Positions 34,218-46,200 of a DNA stretch of 64,000 bases are shown piece by piece (position 1 is the first letter of the stretch; the number at the start of each line of letters is the position of its first letter). The translations under genes and the position numbers were made by a program. The notes under the pieces were generated by a model. It did not search any database. It was not told the origin of the DNA and saw nothing but the letters and a program-made list of their open reading frames with translations. Source of the stretch: Macrostomum lignano. Taxonomy: Eukaryota. The stretch lies in assembly GCA_002269645.1 (NCBI GenBank), contig NIVC01001868.1, positions 163,784 to 227,783 of the forward strand. Reading direction: 5' to 3'.

Positions 34218-37200
34218 ATGTTTAAAGTTGCACATCAAATAGCATCTCTGTTTCTACTTTTATCTGTAATCGAATTCAAAGCCTATCTGACCCTTGATTT
34301 TCGCATAAGCACATCGAAAGTTTTGCTACCATACTCAAGCTATGTTCCTATAAATTATACTCTTGTTGCTGAGTCTGAAGCACGTTATTGCTATCTTTGG
34401 TAAGTCCAGGCCATACATTTTGTCATAAATTATATTTCTAATACATGTGAAATTGTAATTCCAATTAATATATTGTGATTGTGACTATTGATCTTTCGAT
34501 TTTTGACTTTTGAATTTTGTGTTAAGCTTAGGCCTATCCTTATTGTACTTGCCTAATATACTCTTCTCATAGTTATAGATAGGCAAAGTCAAAGACCATG
34601 AAGTTTTCATTTTTATATTAGTAAATATCAATATTGCATTTTATGCCCATTAAATATGCTTTACATGGGGCAGTGTTGGGCACAATATCCATAAAATTAC
34701 CAGTAAAAAGCTTTTCTAAAAAAAGTATTGCCAATACCTAAAAGTCTAATTCTTACTCTGGATCATGTAGTATACACACTGAAAAATTGTGCATACATTA
34801 GGATGGAATTCTTGCATAAAAGTTTTTACACATTTGTGCGCGCTTGTCAAATTTGTGCGCACTTGCGCACTAAAAAGGAGCCTTCTCGCATGCTTTTAAA
34901 GAAGGTGTGTGCGCGCTCCATTGTATCCACTTGCATAAGAAGCTGTTTGCCACAGAATCATAGATAGAAATTGACTAGAAATAGGTTATATGCCATGTGA
35001 TGTATGCGCGCTCAAGTTCTACTTTTCATAGTTTGGAAGGAAGGTTGTTTTTATACCAGAAAATTTCAAAACAAAAGTAAAACAAAGTATGATTTTTTTA
35101 GTAAAAAACAGTTACTCTAAAGTTTAGTAAAGTTCACAACTTTTAAAGAATATTTTCTTTAAAAAATATAGTCTTTAAGCTACTCTACACTTAAAGTACA
35201 ACTATTTAAATTATGTCAACATAGAATTTAAAAACTGTATTTCATTTTTAGTGCATGGACCATGATTTGCATATGACTTATTTTTATAGCTAGTTGTGCG
35301 CGCTTGCGTGCTGCTCCAAAAACATGCGCCCACGTTTCCTACCCCAAGCAAGAATTCCATCCTGAGGCATATATTAGCCTTGCATGCCAAAATTAGGCTT
35401 GCACAATTGGCGCACATCACTCCTGAGAAAATAGTATGCGTGCACACCTGGTGTACACTTTATAGAATCACGTGTAAAAGTTATTGTAAAGTTGAAAAAA
35501 GATGACAAAAGTTCATTTTTAAGCATAAATTTCAAGCTTTCCAGTTTTTTCAAGCTTGTAAAAGAGCATTTAAACAAATCTTTGTGTGTATAAATTTTTT
35601 GCTGTAAGTAGTATTGTCAAAAAAGCATAAAAAGCAATCAAATTATCTGGTAGTAAGGTCTATTACGCAGTTTAAAAAAGGTATTTTATTGTCACAATGT
35701 AAAAAAGGTCATTTATTGATGCAACACTAGTGTATTTTTGAGAATATGCGTACACAAGATTTTTAAAGCAAAGAAACTAAGCTTAGCTTTGTTTTTTGAA
35801 TGATAAAGCTTTCAGTAAAACAAATAAAAATAAACAAATGAAATCCAATAGATGCCACTGTAGTCAATCATTAACTACTTATTAGCCTCTATAGTCATTT
35901 TTCTTTATGCTATTAGTATTAGTACTATTATTGTTTTAGTATAGTGTGGCAGGCTACTAGTCACCCAGGGTCAGGATCATGTACCGCTGTACACCGGAAT
36001 GAAAATTGCTTCCATAGCTCATGCATGCCAATGTATGCCATCAAACTTTTTATTGCATACAAAAATATGCCAAAATAAAGATTACAAATTACAACCAATA
36101 TTAAAAGCTTGCAAAATTTTAATATTCAAAAAACTGATATGTTAAAACATAATTTTTTTACTAAATTATAGAGAACTAGTTCATTTCAACTATTTTTGTT
36201 TTACTTTTAATTTCTTGAAAAAGTTAAACCTGTTTTTTTAAATTTAGTTTTCTGTTTTTTCGTAAAGGGCCAGATATTCTTTCTGATCAAAATTTAGCTA
36301 CTATAACTATGTATATAGAGACTACACCAAATACAAAATTAATCATTTTTGTATGCTAATTGTTTAGATTGATTGTTGGGACTTGGAACTTTTGGTCACA
36401 CTTGCTAGTCTCTGCAATCTCTATACACCAAGCTGTATGCCAAAAGGGCACACTAGGCCCCTTTGTACGCCAAGTTGTACACAAATGGTGTAATCTAGGT
36501 CCTTCTATATGCCGGAATTTCCGGCGTACATATATACCATCCGGAGTCTGGCTAGTTACTTTGGCGACAAGACATATTGGCAACTGACACTTTGGCGATC
36601 AGTGTGTGACAGTATTTTCAACAACAATTTTAGGCCATTTGGCAAATTGCTAAATATCAATAGTGCAATCATAAATTTTTTGAGGGGGGGCGGATTTTGG
36701 AGGGTAAAGTCCTGGGAAGAGGGGTAGAGGGGTGGCTCTGTTTTTGGCAAAAATTCGCTTGGTCCCATTGGAGGGGTGGCTCTGTTTTTGGCAAAAATTC
36801 ACTTGGTCCCCCCTTTGATTTTTTTAATCTCCGCCTAAGGGGGGCAACTGCCCCTTGCCCCCCCCCCCTAGTTGCGCCACTGCTAAATATATGGATTTAA
36901 CATAATAAATAAGGATGCAGCTTTTGCTTGATTGCCTTAGAATAAATTTCTGTAATTTGATTAGAAGTTTTTTATATTAATTTTTATTATACTAGATTGT
37001 AGTACAATGCATGCTCCTCTCTCTAAGTGTATTGGGATACTGACTGTCAGGAGCTAGAGTTAAGGTAGAGTCAAGAGCTATAATACTTTGTTTTTTCTTG
37101 ACACACAAAAGATGTGTTGAAAAAAAGTTAGAAAAAATAGTACAGCTTATTTTGCTTTTATTGAACAAAGCTATAGCAGCTTTGTTAAAATGGCAATCTA

Positions 37201-40200
37201 TATGAAATGGCTGAAATCCATGGAAAAAGATTATATTTGCTTGTATAATTGTATACATATACAAATGTGACCAATATGTAAGTTAATCTTTACCATTTAA
37301 AATACTTATATAAATCACTCATTTGTATTAATATAATAAATAATTAACATTAAAATTTATTTCAGTACACAGTATATAATTTCATTCATAAGTTCATTTT
37401 GTTGGCTTTTTGCCAAAATGTCCCATTTTGTTGCCAAAAAGTTCAGTTGTTCCTAAATTGCCGCCAAAGTGTCCTTTGCCAATATGTCTTATTGCCAAAG
37501 TGACTGGTAGCCAGTGTGGCGGCCTGCTAGTCTGCAATTGATACACTTGCATGCTTTATCTCCTTAGTCTTTTTGGGTTGGTACCATTGTATGCACTTAC
37601 ATGTACATATAGCCAGCCAGCTAAACCAAATGCTCTAAGCTGAGGTACAAACTTTAAAGCCTTACCTCTGATTGGGCAATGCCTTGCCTCTCTGCTCTTT
37701 AAACATGTAAATCAAAGTAAATTGCATGCAATCTCTTCCCTTTACTCAACTTGGTCTCAATTTTTTATTATTGACTATTTACATGTATGTATTGTTAACT
37801 GAATTGCTTGTGTTACTAGTATAGCATTACACTATATTGTAGAAATTATAGAATCAATTGGCAATCAGTGGCTGGCAGTGACAGTGTTGCAGAACTTGCA
37901 GCATGATAATTGACTAAATAATATCATTTTTTGATAATTAGTAATTACTAACTAATTGATAAAGTATATATAGTGCAGGCAATTTTTAAAAAGTTCTAAA
38001 AACTAATTTTAAGGATGAAAATATTAATTATTTCAGCTTCATTGACCTAAAAGTGAAGTATTTATCATTGCTTTCTACAAAATTATGCAACTATTTCATC
38101 CATTTTAACACAATTTTTTATTGTTTGCAGGCTCAAAATTTTAAAAGTACCAGAGTATCAGATTGTTGGGAAATTTTCAAAATTGTATTAGAATTTACCA
38201 AAGTCTGATACCATAAAAAGTATTGGCTTCCAATACTCTGATACCCAAAAGGTATCACCAATAGTATGAAGTATTGGAATTGTGCCCAACATTGTACATG
38301 GATAAATTGTCTATGATACATTAAAACTAATTTGTTTATTAAAAATTAAAATGAAAAAAAAATATTTTGGCATGTTCATTCACAATAAATTATTCTTTTC
38401 TTTATTTTATCATATAATTATAAATAGTTTTATATATTTAAAGTAGCTTTCCTTTTAATGATATAGTTAGAATAATTTTGGAGATTTTTTATTTTCTTAG
38501 TAAAACTAAAGTGATCTGTTTAGATTTTTTTCATATAAATATAAACTAAGTATAATCTAGACTATTGTATAACCTTAAAATAATTTACCTATTGCAGACT
38601 TAAGTCAGATTATGTCAAATTGTTATTTAAGCATACATGTGCAACCCCCTTGATTTACATGCACTATGCAACTTACTATTTGATTAAAAATGCTACTTAC
38701 CTATAAAAAAAACCTAAGCAAAAATTAATGCAAATTTAGATAAATGGCAGGAGTAACAATGACTATTATTAAAGCTTAATGCCCTGTCATCTAATTAACA
38801 TCTAAGTACTAGGTCTATTTTTTGAACAGACATTTTTGCAATTTACCTTGGCAACATACCTTGTTTCACAATGTTCTGTAGGTATGCTAGGGAGCTCACA
38901 ACCCCCTGCAATTATTATTATTATTATTATCATAAACTTTCAATTGAAAATTTTACAAATTTTAGGACATCAACATCTCCAGAAGTTGCAACAGTAACAC
39001 CATTGCATGAGGACTGCAGCCAGTCTGCCATCATCACAGCAACATGGAAGAATCCATATCGAGCCAGCACTGCTATTCTTGTTGAAAATATCAGTATGTT
39101 TATCATTGCTTGTCTTGTACATTGTAGCTTTATAGCTGATAGTGCCTTTTTAGTAATTAAATGCTCTGGAGTGACATTGGATTCAATGCTTTTGAGTTGC
39201 ATTAGATTTAATGCTTTGGAGTGACATTGGATTCAATGCTTTGGAGTGACATTGGATTCAATGCTTTGGAGTGACATTGGATTCAATGCTTTGGAGTGAC
39301 ATTGGATTCAATGCTTTTGAGTTGCATTAGATTTAATGCTTTGGAGTGACATTGGATTCAATGCTTTGGAGTGACATTGGATTCAATGCTTTGGAGTGAC
39401 ATTGGATTCAATGCTTTGGAGTGACATTGGATTCAATGCTTTGGAGTGACATTGGATTAAATGCTTTTGAGTTGCATTAGATTTAATGCTTTGGGAGTGA
39501 CATTGGATTCAATGCTTTGGAGTGACATTGGATTCAATGCTTTGGAGTGACATTGGATTCAATGCTCTGGAGTGACATTGATTAATGCTTGGAGTGACAT
39601 AAGATTTAATTTTCTGGAGTACATAAGATTCAATGTTTGGAGTTACATAAGATTCAATGTATTGGAGTTACATGAGATTCAATGTATTGGAGTTACATGA
39701 GATTCAATCTATTGGAGTGACATGAGATTAAATGTTCTGGAATCTGGAATGAAGTTCCTACACAATTGCTATCCTGGAATGAAACGCGCAAAAGTGTGAC
39801 GCTATGGTGTGAAATCCTGCTGCTCTGTGTTTGGCTGGAGTAATGTGCTTTTCTAGAATAAATTCTCAAAAAATTGATCAGACATTCGAGAGTTGAATTC
39901 TGGAGTGACATCACAGCTTGTAGTATTATAGAAAACTTTAACAAGAAGATTAGAAGTATTAGTTAGCAGTAAAGAATAAATTGTGTTTGTTATTGCTACA
40001 GTGACCGGCCACACTGTCAAATGCGACGTGATTGTTGACAAGCCATCTAGGCTGGAGATTGAGACCACAACTCAGGAGCTCTACCTGCACGATGCGCCCG
40101 AGGCCTTGGTTGTACGCGCCTACGATGATTTGGGTAAGATGTTGTTGCAATACTAATCCTTATTCTAATACGGCTTAAATAGGCTGGGGAACTTTGTTTC

Positions 40201-43200
40201 TTAGAATATATAATCGGGTACCGGTATAGAACGTTCTATTATTCTTAACTATATATCATACACTGGGGGGGGGTCGCCAAACCCTCAATAATTACCCCAT
40301 CTAATGCTGGCACCCATTTTACAGCTGGGTGAACTGAAGCAATGCAGAGTTTCTCAAGTGTCTTGCTCAATGATACAAATTGTTTCGAGTGGGTTGAGAA
40401 TCGAACCCCCGACCTTTCAGTCGAGAGTCCGATATATGCTAATAACACATGCATTACAATTATCAATCCATAAATCATAACTGGCAGGCAACATATTCAG
40501 CAGCCTGACTGGCCTACCATTCGAATGGTCCATCACCTCTGCTCACGGAGTTGACGGTCTCAACATACTGCGCTTCATCAGCTGGACAGAGTCCGAATAC
40601 GAGATACCCAGCGTGATTGGCAATCTGGAGAGCCAAGGACTGCAGGGCGACCAGCAGCTGGTTGGCGGCATTAAAACTGGCTCGGCCTTTGTTGGCGTAT
40701 CAGTCAAGGACACTATTTATGCTGGCGTGGCTCCTGGCAAAGTGCGCCTCCTTGTGATGGCTAATGCCATACTGAAGCCCAGTTTGGCCTATCTGATACC
40801 CGGCGCCTCGCTTAACTACCAGGTGCTGGTCTTTCACCAGGGAAATTTAAACGGTGAGTTGTTCTCTGTGAGCATTGTGGTGAGACTAACTAATCTTCAT
40901 GTTCCGATCCTGAGAGTCAGCTGTAACACAGATGCTGAGGGTGAGCAGTCTCACAGATGCTGAGGGTGAGCAGTCTCACAGATGCTGAGGGTGAGCAGTC
41001 TCACAGATGCTGAGGGTGAGCAGTCTCACAGATGCTGAGGGTGAGCAGTCTCTCAGATGCTGAGGGTGAGCAGTCTCACAGATGCTGAGGGTGAGCAGTC
41101 TCACAGATGCTGAGGGTGAGCAGTCTCACAGATGCTGAGGGTGAGCAGTCTCTCAGATGCTGAGGGTGAGCAGTCTCACAGATGCTAAGGGTGAGCAGTC
41201 TCACAGATACTGAGGGTAAGCAGTCTCTCAGATGCTGAGGGTGAGCAGTCTCTCAGATGCTGAGGGTGAGCAGTCTCTCAGATGCTGAGGGTGAGCCGTC
41301 TCACTGATACTGAGGGTGAGCAGTCTCACAGATGCTGAGGGTGAGCAGTCATAGTGGTTGATAAATACATTGAATGACTATAATAACACTTTAGACTTTA
41401 ATTAGCCTATATATAATCTTCATCACCAACTGTATCCAGAGGTTGCAATGCCGTCGCAGCAGTACTATCTGAACCTGAATGACAAAACCAAAGCTACGCT
41501 GGATACGCAGACGTCCCGTCTAACTGCCAGAGAGCTTGGCGAAGTTGAAGTGTCGCTTTACGATCGAAGTAAGTGCATTAATTTGTTATACGCTATATTG
41601 GAGTTATTGAGAGATTTAAAAAGTTCTACACTTCAGACTACTCATCAGTAGAAGTGCAGGAGTATTATTGCGCTTTACACACCTGTACCGCCAGACATCG
41701 AGGAGACTGAGACATTCAAGCGGCCCAAATCAATCGTGAGCATTGTTGAGCCCAGCTACCTGACCTTCACCGCCCTGCCTGGCAGGCGCTGGGTTCTGGA
41801 CACCACCAGAGCCTACACCGTCATCATTGACATCTTCGATCGGAATAGTCATCGAATTTGGCCGTCAGACGATCTCAGACTCAAGGCGGTATTTCCAACC
41901 GACCGGCTGCGCGTTCTCGAGTCCAGCAGCAATGGCACCTGGCATCTGGTGCAGCCGCTGCGCCCCGGGCCCTGTTTGATCACCGCTTCGCTGGCTGCCA
42001 TCCAGACACCAGACGGTGTTCGACACGAACTGCCGGCGCCTGTCACGGGCAGTCAAGAGGTATCATGTGGCGATTTTATTATTACCTTGAAGTTGTACAA
42101 AAAGTCATATCTGATTAACCATTGGGTTTCCCTGGTTTCTTTTCCGTAGATGTGACTTTTCGAGACACAGTGTACATGCCTGACGATTAGAAAGTCAGGG
42201 CTGTTGTTCACCCTATGTGAGCGTGTGTGTGTGAGAGTGCGTGTCTGCGCACAGTATTGGCGCGCTTGAGCGTAGATTGCTTCAGCGTAGATTATGGGGC
42301 GATGTCGTCGAAGGCGTTACGCCAGGGTGCCCACAGCTCTCTTGCAAATATTTATGCTAAATATAGTGGGTTGATATTGCCCGCAAGTTAAGAAAAGTTA
42401 GCCGCGGTTAGCACACAGTTGTTATGACACTCTACAACGTCAGGATCGTAGAAATTGTATGCAGCCAATGGCTGCACACCTAGTCAACCATCTTACTGTA
42501 GGTCAGATGTACTAATAACTACTTGTGTATACAGTAGAGAATAAAGTTCAATAGATAGTTTCTTCCCGCCTGAAATCGCCGTCCGGAGGTTCCATTGGTT
42601 TACCAGAACTACCCTGCCTCCTCTGACTTCAGGTTGAGATTTACGACCCCGTGTCGGTGCTGCCCGAGCGCGTTGTCCTGCCATGGACCCTGTTTGCCGC
42701 TTCTGCAGCGGCTTCTGCATCAACAGGAACTCTGGGCGCCTCTTCCGCATTGCCTGGCAGCTCGGCCGCATCCTCGTCCGTCGACGCGTCGACAGCCTCC
42801 GGCTTGGCGGCTTCCTCGACTGTCGCCGCTGGCGCTGGCGGCGTCGTCACAGATGCTTCTCCGTCGGCTTGCCGGCTGCAGGCAACCGGCGGCAGCGGCG
42901 AGTACAGCTGGCTGAGCAGCAACGCTAGTGCTGTTGTTGTCAGCAGCCGCGGCGTCGTCACCGCAATGTCCATCGGCCAAGCCGTGGTCACCGCCGCCGA
43001 CGTGCGCAATACCGACAACGCCGCCCGATCGGAGATTGTTGTCGCCCAGCCCACCGGCATGGCCTTCCTGCCGGCCACTGTGGAGGCTGAGATCGGCGCC
43101 ACCCTCCGCCTGCCCATTGCGCTTTACTCTGGCCGCGACCCCATGTGCAGCTGCTCGCATGCGCCAATCGATCTGGCATTCGAAGACGACGCCGCCGTAT

Positions 43201-46200
43201 TCGAACTCGTTGCCGGCCTCGAGCAACAATTGTCGGCTAATTGTCGCGATTGCGCCGAGCACGGTTGCGCAACCGTTGTTGTGCGCGCCCTGCGCAAAGG
43301 CTTCAGCCGGTTGGTCGCGCGCTACCGCGGCGCTCAATTGTCGGCTTCGTCGTCATCTTCATCTTCCTCAGGAGCCCCGGCGTTAATCTCAGCCGAAGTG
43401 ATGCTGGGAGCATTCAAACCGCTCCGACCGCTGGCTAGCAGCTTCGTGGTGTCGCTTGGCGCCATGGAGACGGTGGAATATCGCGGCGGACCGCAGCCGT
43501 GGGTGCTGGACCCGGCCACGTACCGGGTGGAGCTGAGCCCAGCTGGCGACGGCAGCAAGCAGTCTGTTGAAACGGTTCCGTCTAAGGATCAGCACACTGG
43601 CAGGTCGGCGTTTGTCGTCCGATGCGTTGAACTGGGCGAATTCCAGCTAGCACTGAGCGTGAGCAACCTGCCAAGTGCCAAGAATAAATTCCCGGCTAAA
43701 CGGTCTGTTCAGGTGAGTGGCGATAAAAGTTGCGCGAATGGTGTCCATTGCAGTCATTTTCGTAAAAAATACTATATTAGAAATAATACAATGAATGAAA
43801 CTACCCCGGACTGAAACTACCTCGGACTGAAACTACCCATGACTGAAACTACACCGGACTGAAACTACTGAAACGACCCCGGACTGAAACTACCCGGGAC
43901 TGAAACTACCTCGGACTGAAACTACCCATGACTGAAACTACCCATGACTGAAACTACTCCGGACTGAAACTACCCCTGACTGAAACTACCACTGACTGAA
44001 ACTACCCCTGACTGAAACTACCACTGAATGAAACTACCTCTGACTGAAAATACCCCGGACTGAAACTACCTCTGACTGAAACTACCCCTGACTGAAACTA
44101 CCTCTGACTGAAACTACCTCTGACTGAAAATACCTCGGACTGAAACTACCACTGAATGATACTACCTCTGACTGAAACTACCTTGGACTGAAACTACCAC
44201 TGAATGAAACTACCTCTAACTGAAAATACCTCGGACTGAAACTACCCCTGACTGAAACTACCACTGAATGAAACTACCTCTGACTGAAAATACCTCGGAC
44301 TGAAAGTACCACTGAATGAAACTACCTCTGACTGAAAATACCTCGGACTGAAACTACCCCTGAATGAAACTACCCCTGACTAAAACCTACCCCTGACTAA
44401 AACTACCCTTGACTGAAAATACCCCTGAATGCAAATACCCTTGATTAAAACTACCCGACTGAAATACTCCCTTATCTTACTACAATGACTACTGATAGTA
44501 AGAGGGCGTAACACATCAGACGTGTTGAAATCTTTTATTCATTTCAAGCTAGCCTTGTTATCGATTCTTTTTATATAATTTTTCTCAAAAATCAAGCAGA
44601 CTTATATTTCTGTTTAATAAATTACGCTACTCGAACTGAAGCAGAATATCCTAATTAACTACATAAACCCCACACTTTGTAAAATTATATAGGCACACCC
44701 CTACATCTAAATTCTTTAATCAATCCCCATCCGATGTATTCGTTCAGGTGAGCTTCGTATGCGCAGTACCAACTAGCCTGCGCCTGCAGCCTCTGCTCAA
44801 CCTGCCAACCAGGCCTGGCCTGCCGCCCTGTCCCGCCGTACTAGAAGATCCATCCCTCCCCGTGCCTGTTCACAATTATCGGCCTGTATCGCTGCGTCTG
44901 GCTGCCCTGGATGCCGAGGGTCGCCAATTCACTAGTCTGGCCAGTCTGGCCGTGACTGTCTCTACCAGCGATTCCCAAGTGGCCACCGCGGCCGTTGCCG
45001 ACGATTCGACGCCTGTGCCGTTGATTCGCGTGCAGCCGAATAATAAGAATGCCACGGTGCAGGTGAGTCTTGAATAGCTAGTTTGGGCACTGACTGACAG
45101 GTGAGAAATGGCTAGTTAGGGCACTGACTGACAGGTGAGGAATGGCTTATTAGGGCACTGACTGACAGGTGAGGGATGGCTAGTTAGGGCACTGACTGAC
45201 AGGTGAGGGATGGCTAATTAGGGCACTGACTGACAGGTGAGGGATGTCTAATTAAGGCACTGACTGACAGGTGAGGGATGTCTAATTAAGGCACTGACTG
45301 ACAGGTGAGGGATGGCTAATTAGGGCACTGACTGACAGGTAATGGATAAGAATCTCAGTGAGATCAGAGTTGTTCCGCTTACTACCTTGCAGATAACGGT
45401 GACTCTGTCGGGCTATAAGACCGCCTATCGCGAATGGACATCGACAGTAAAGCAGCCACCTGTATCGGCCAGCGCCCAGCTGCGCACGGCGGGAGACGCG
45501 ACAGCCCAGCCCGGCCAGCTGATCAGCTACTACGGCAGGGGCCGGGCGTCCGCTTACCTGGCCGATGGTAGCGGGCATTTTTACGCTACAGCCGCGGATC
45601 AGATTGGCACATCGGGCTCGGCGCCAACAATACAAGGCCGATTTTTAACGGCCGGCAGCGAGCGGGAGACCGAATCAACTGTGACAGTGTACGATCTGTG
45701 CATGGACCGGGTCACGCCATTGGAGGTGCCGTTACTGGTTGTGGCGCTGCGCTCGCTGCGGCTGATCATGGAGGATCGCCTGCCGTTGGGCGGCCGCGAG
45801 ACCGGCTCGCTCAGCCTGCTGGGTAGGGGAGACAGGCCAATTCCTACGCGGCTCATTATGGATGCGGGACTGCCGCTTAGCCTGCGATCGGAGCCGCCGG
45901 GACTTGTTAGCGTAGCGTTCGATGCCGCCGCGTCCAAGGCCAGCAACGAAGGCGTGGGAGTTGTCAGCGCAACCGGCGATGCGGTCGGAGTGGCCCGGGT
46001 TCAAGCCGAGTGCCAGGGGGTGCGCAGCAACTGGGCTCAGGTGTCAGTTTATCCGCCTCTCCGTCTGCGCCCAGCCAATGTCACCCTGCTGGTTGGCAGC
46101 CAGCTGCAGCTGCAGGCTGTTGGCGGCCCGCCTGCTGCGGCGCTTCGCTTCTCGGCTCTGCTCGATGGAGCCAGCCGGCGATTCGGATCGGCTGCGGTGG

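Noticed and set aside
34747-35460. Possible MITE with AGGATGGAATTCTTGC inverted repeat
   Set aside because: Only a 16-bp internal inverted match is clear; termini and TSD could not be defined.
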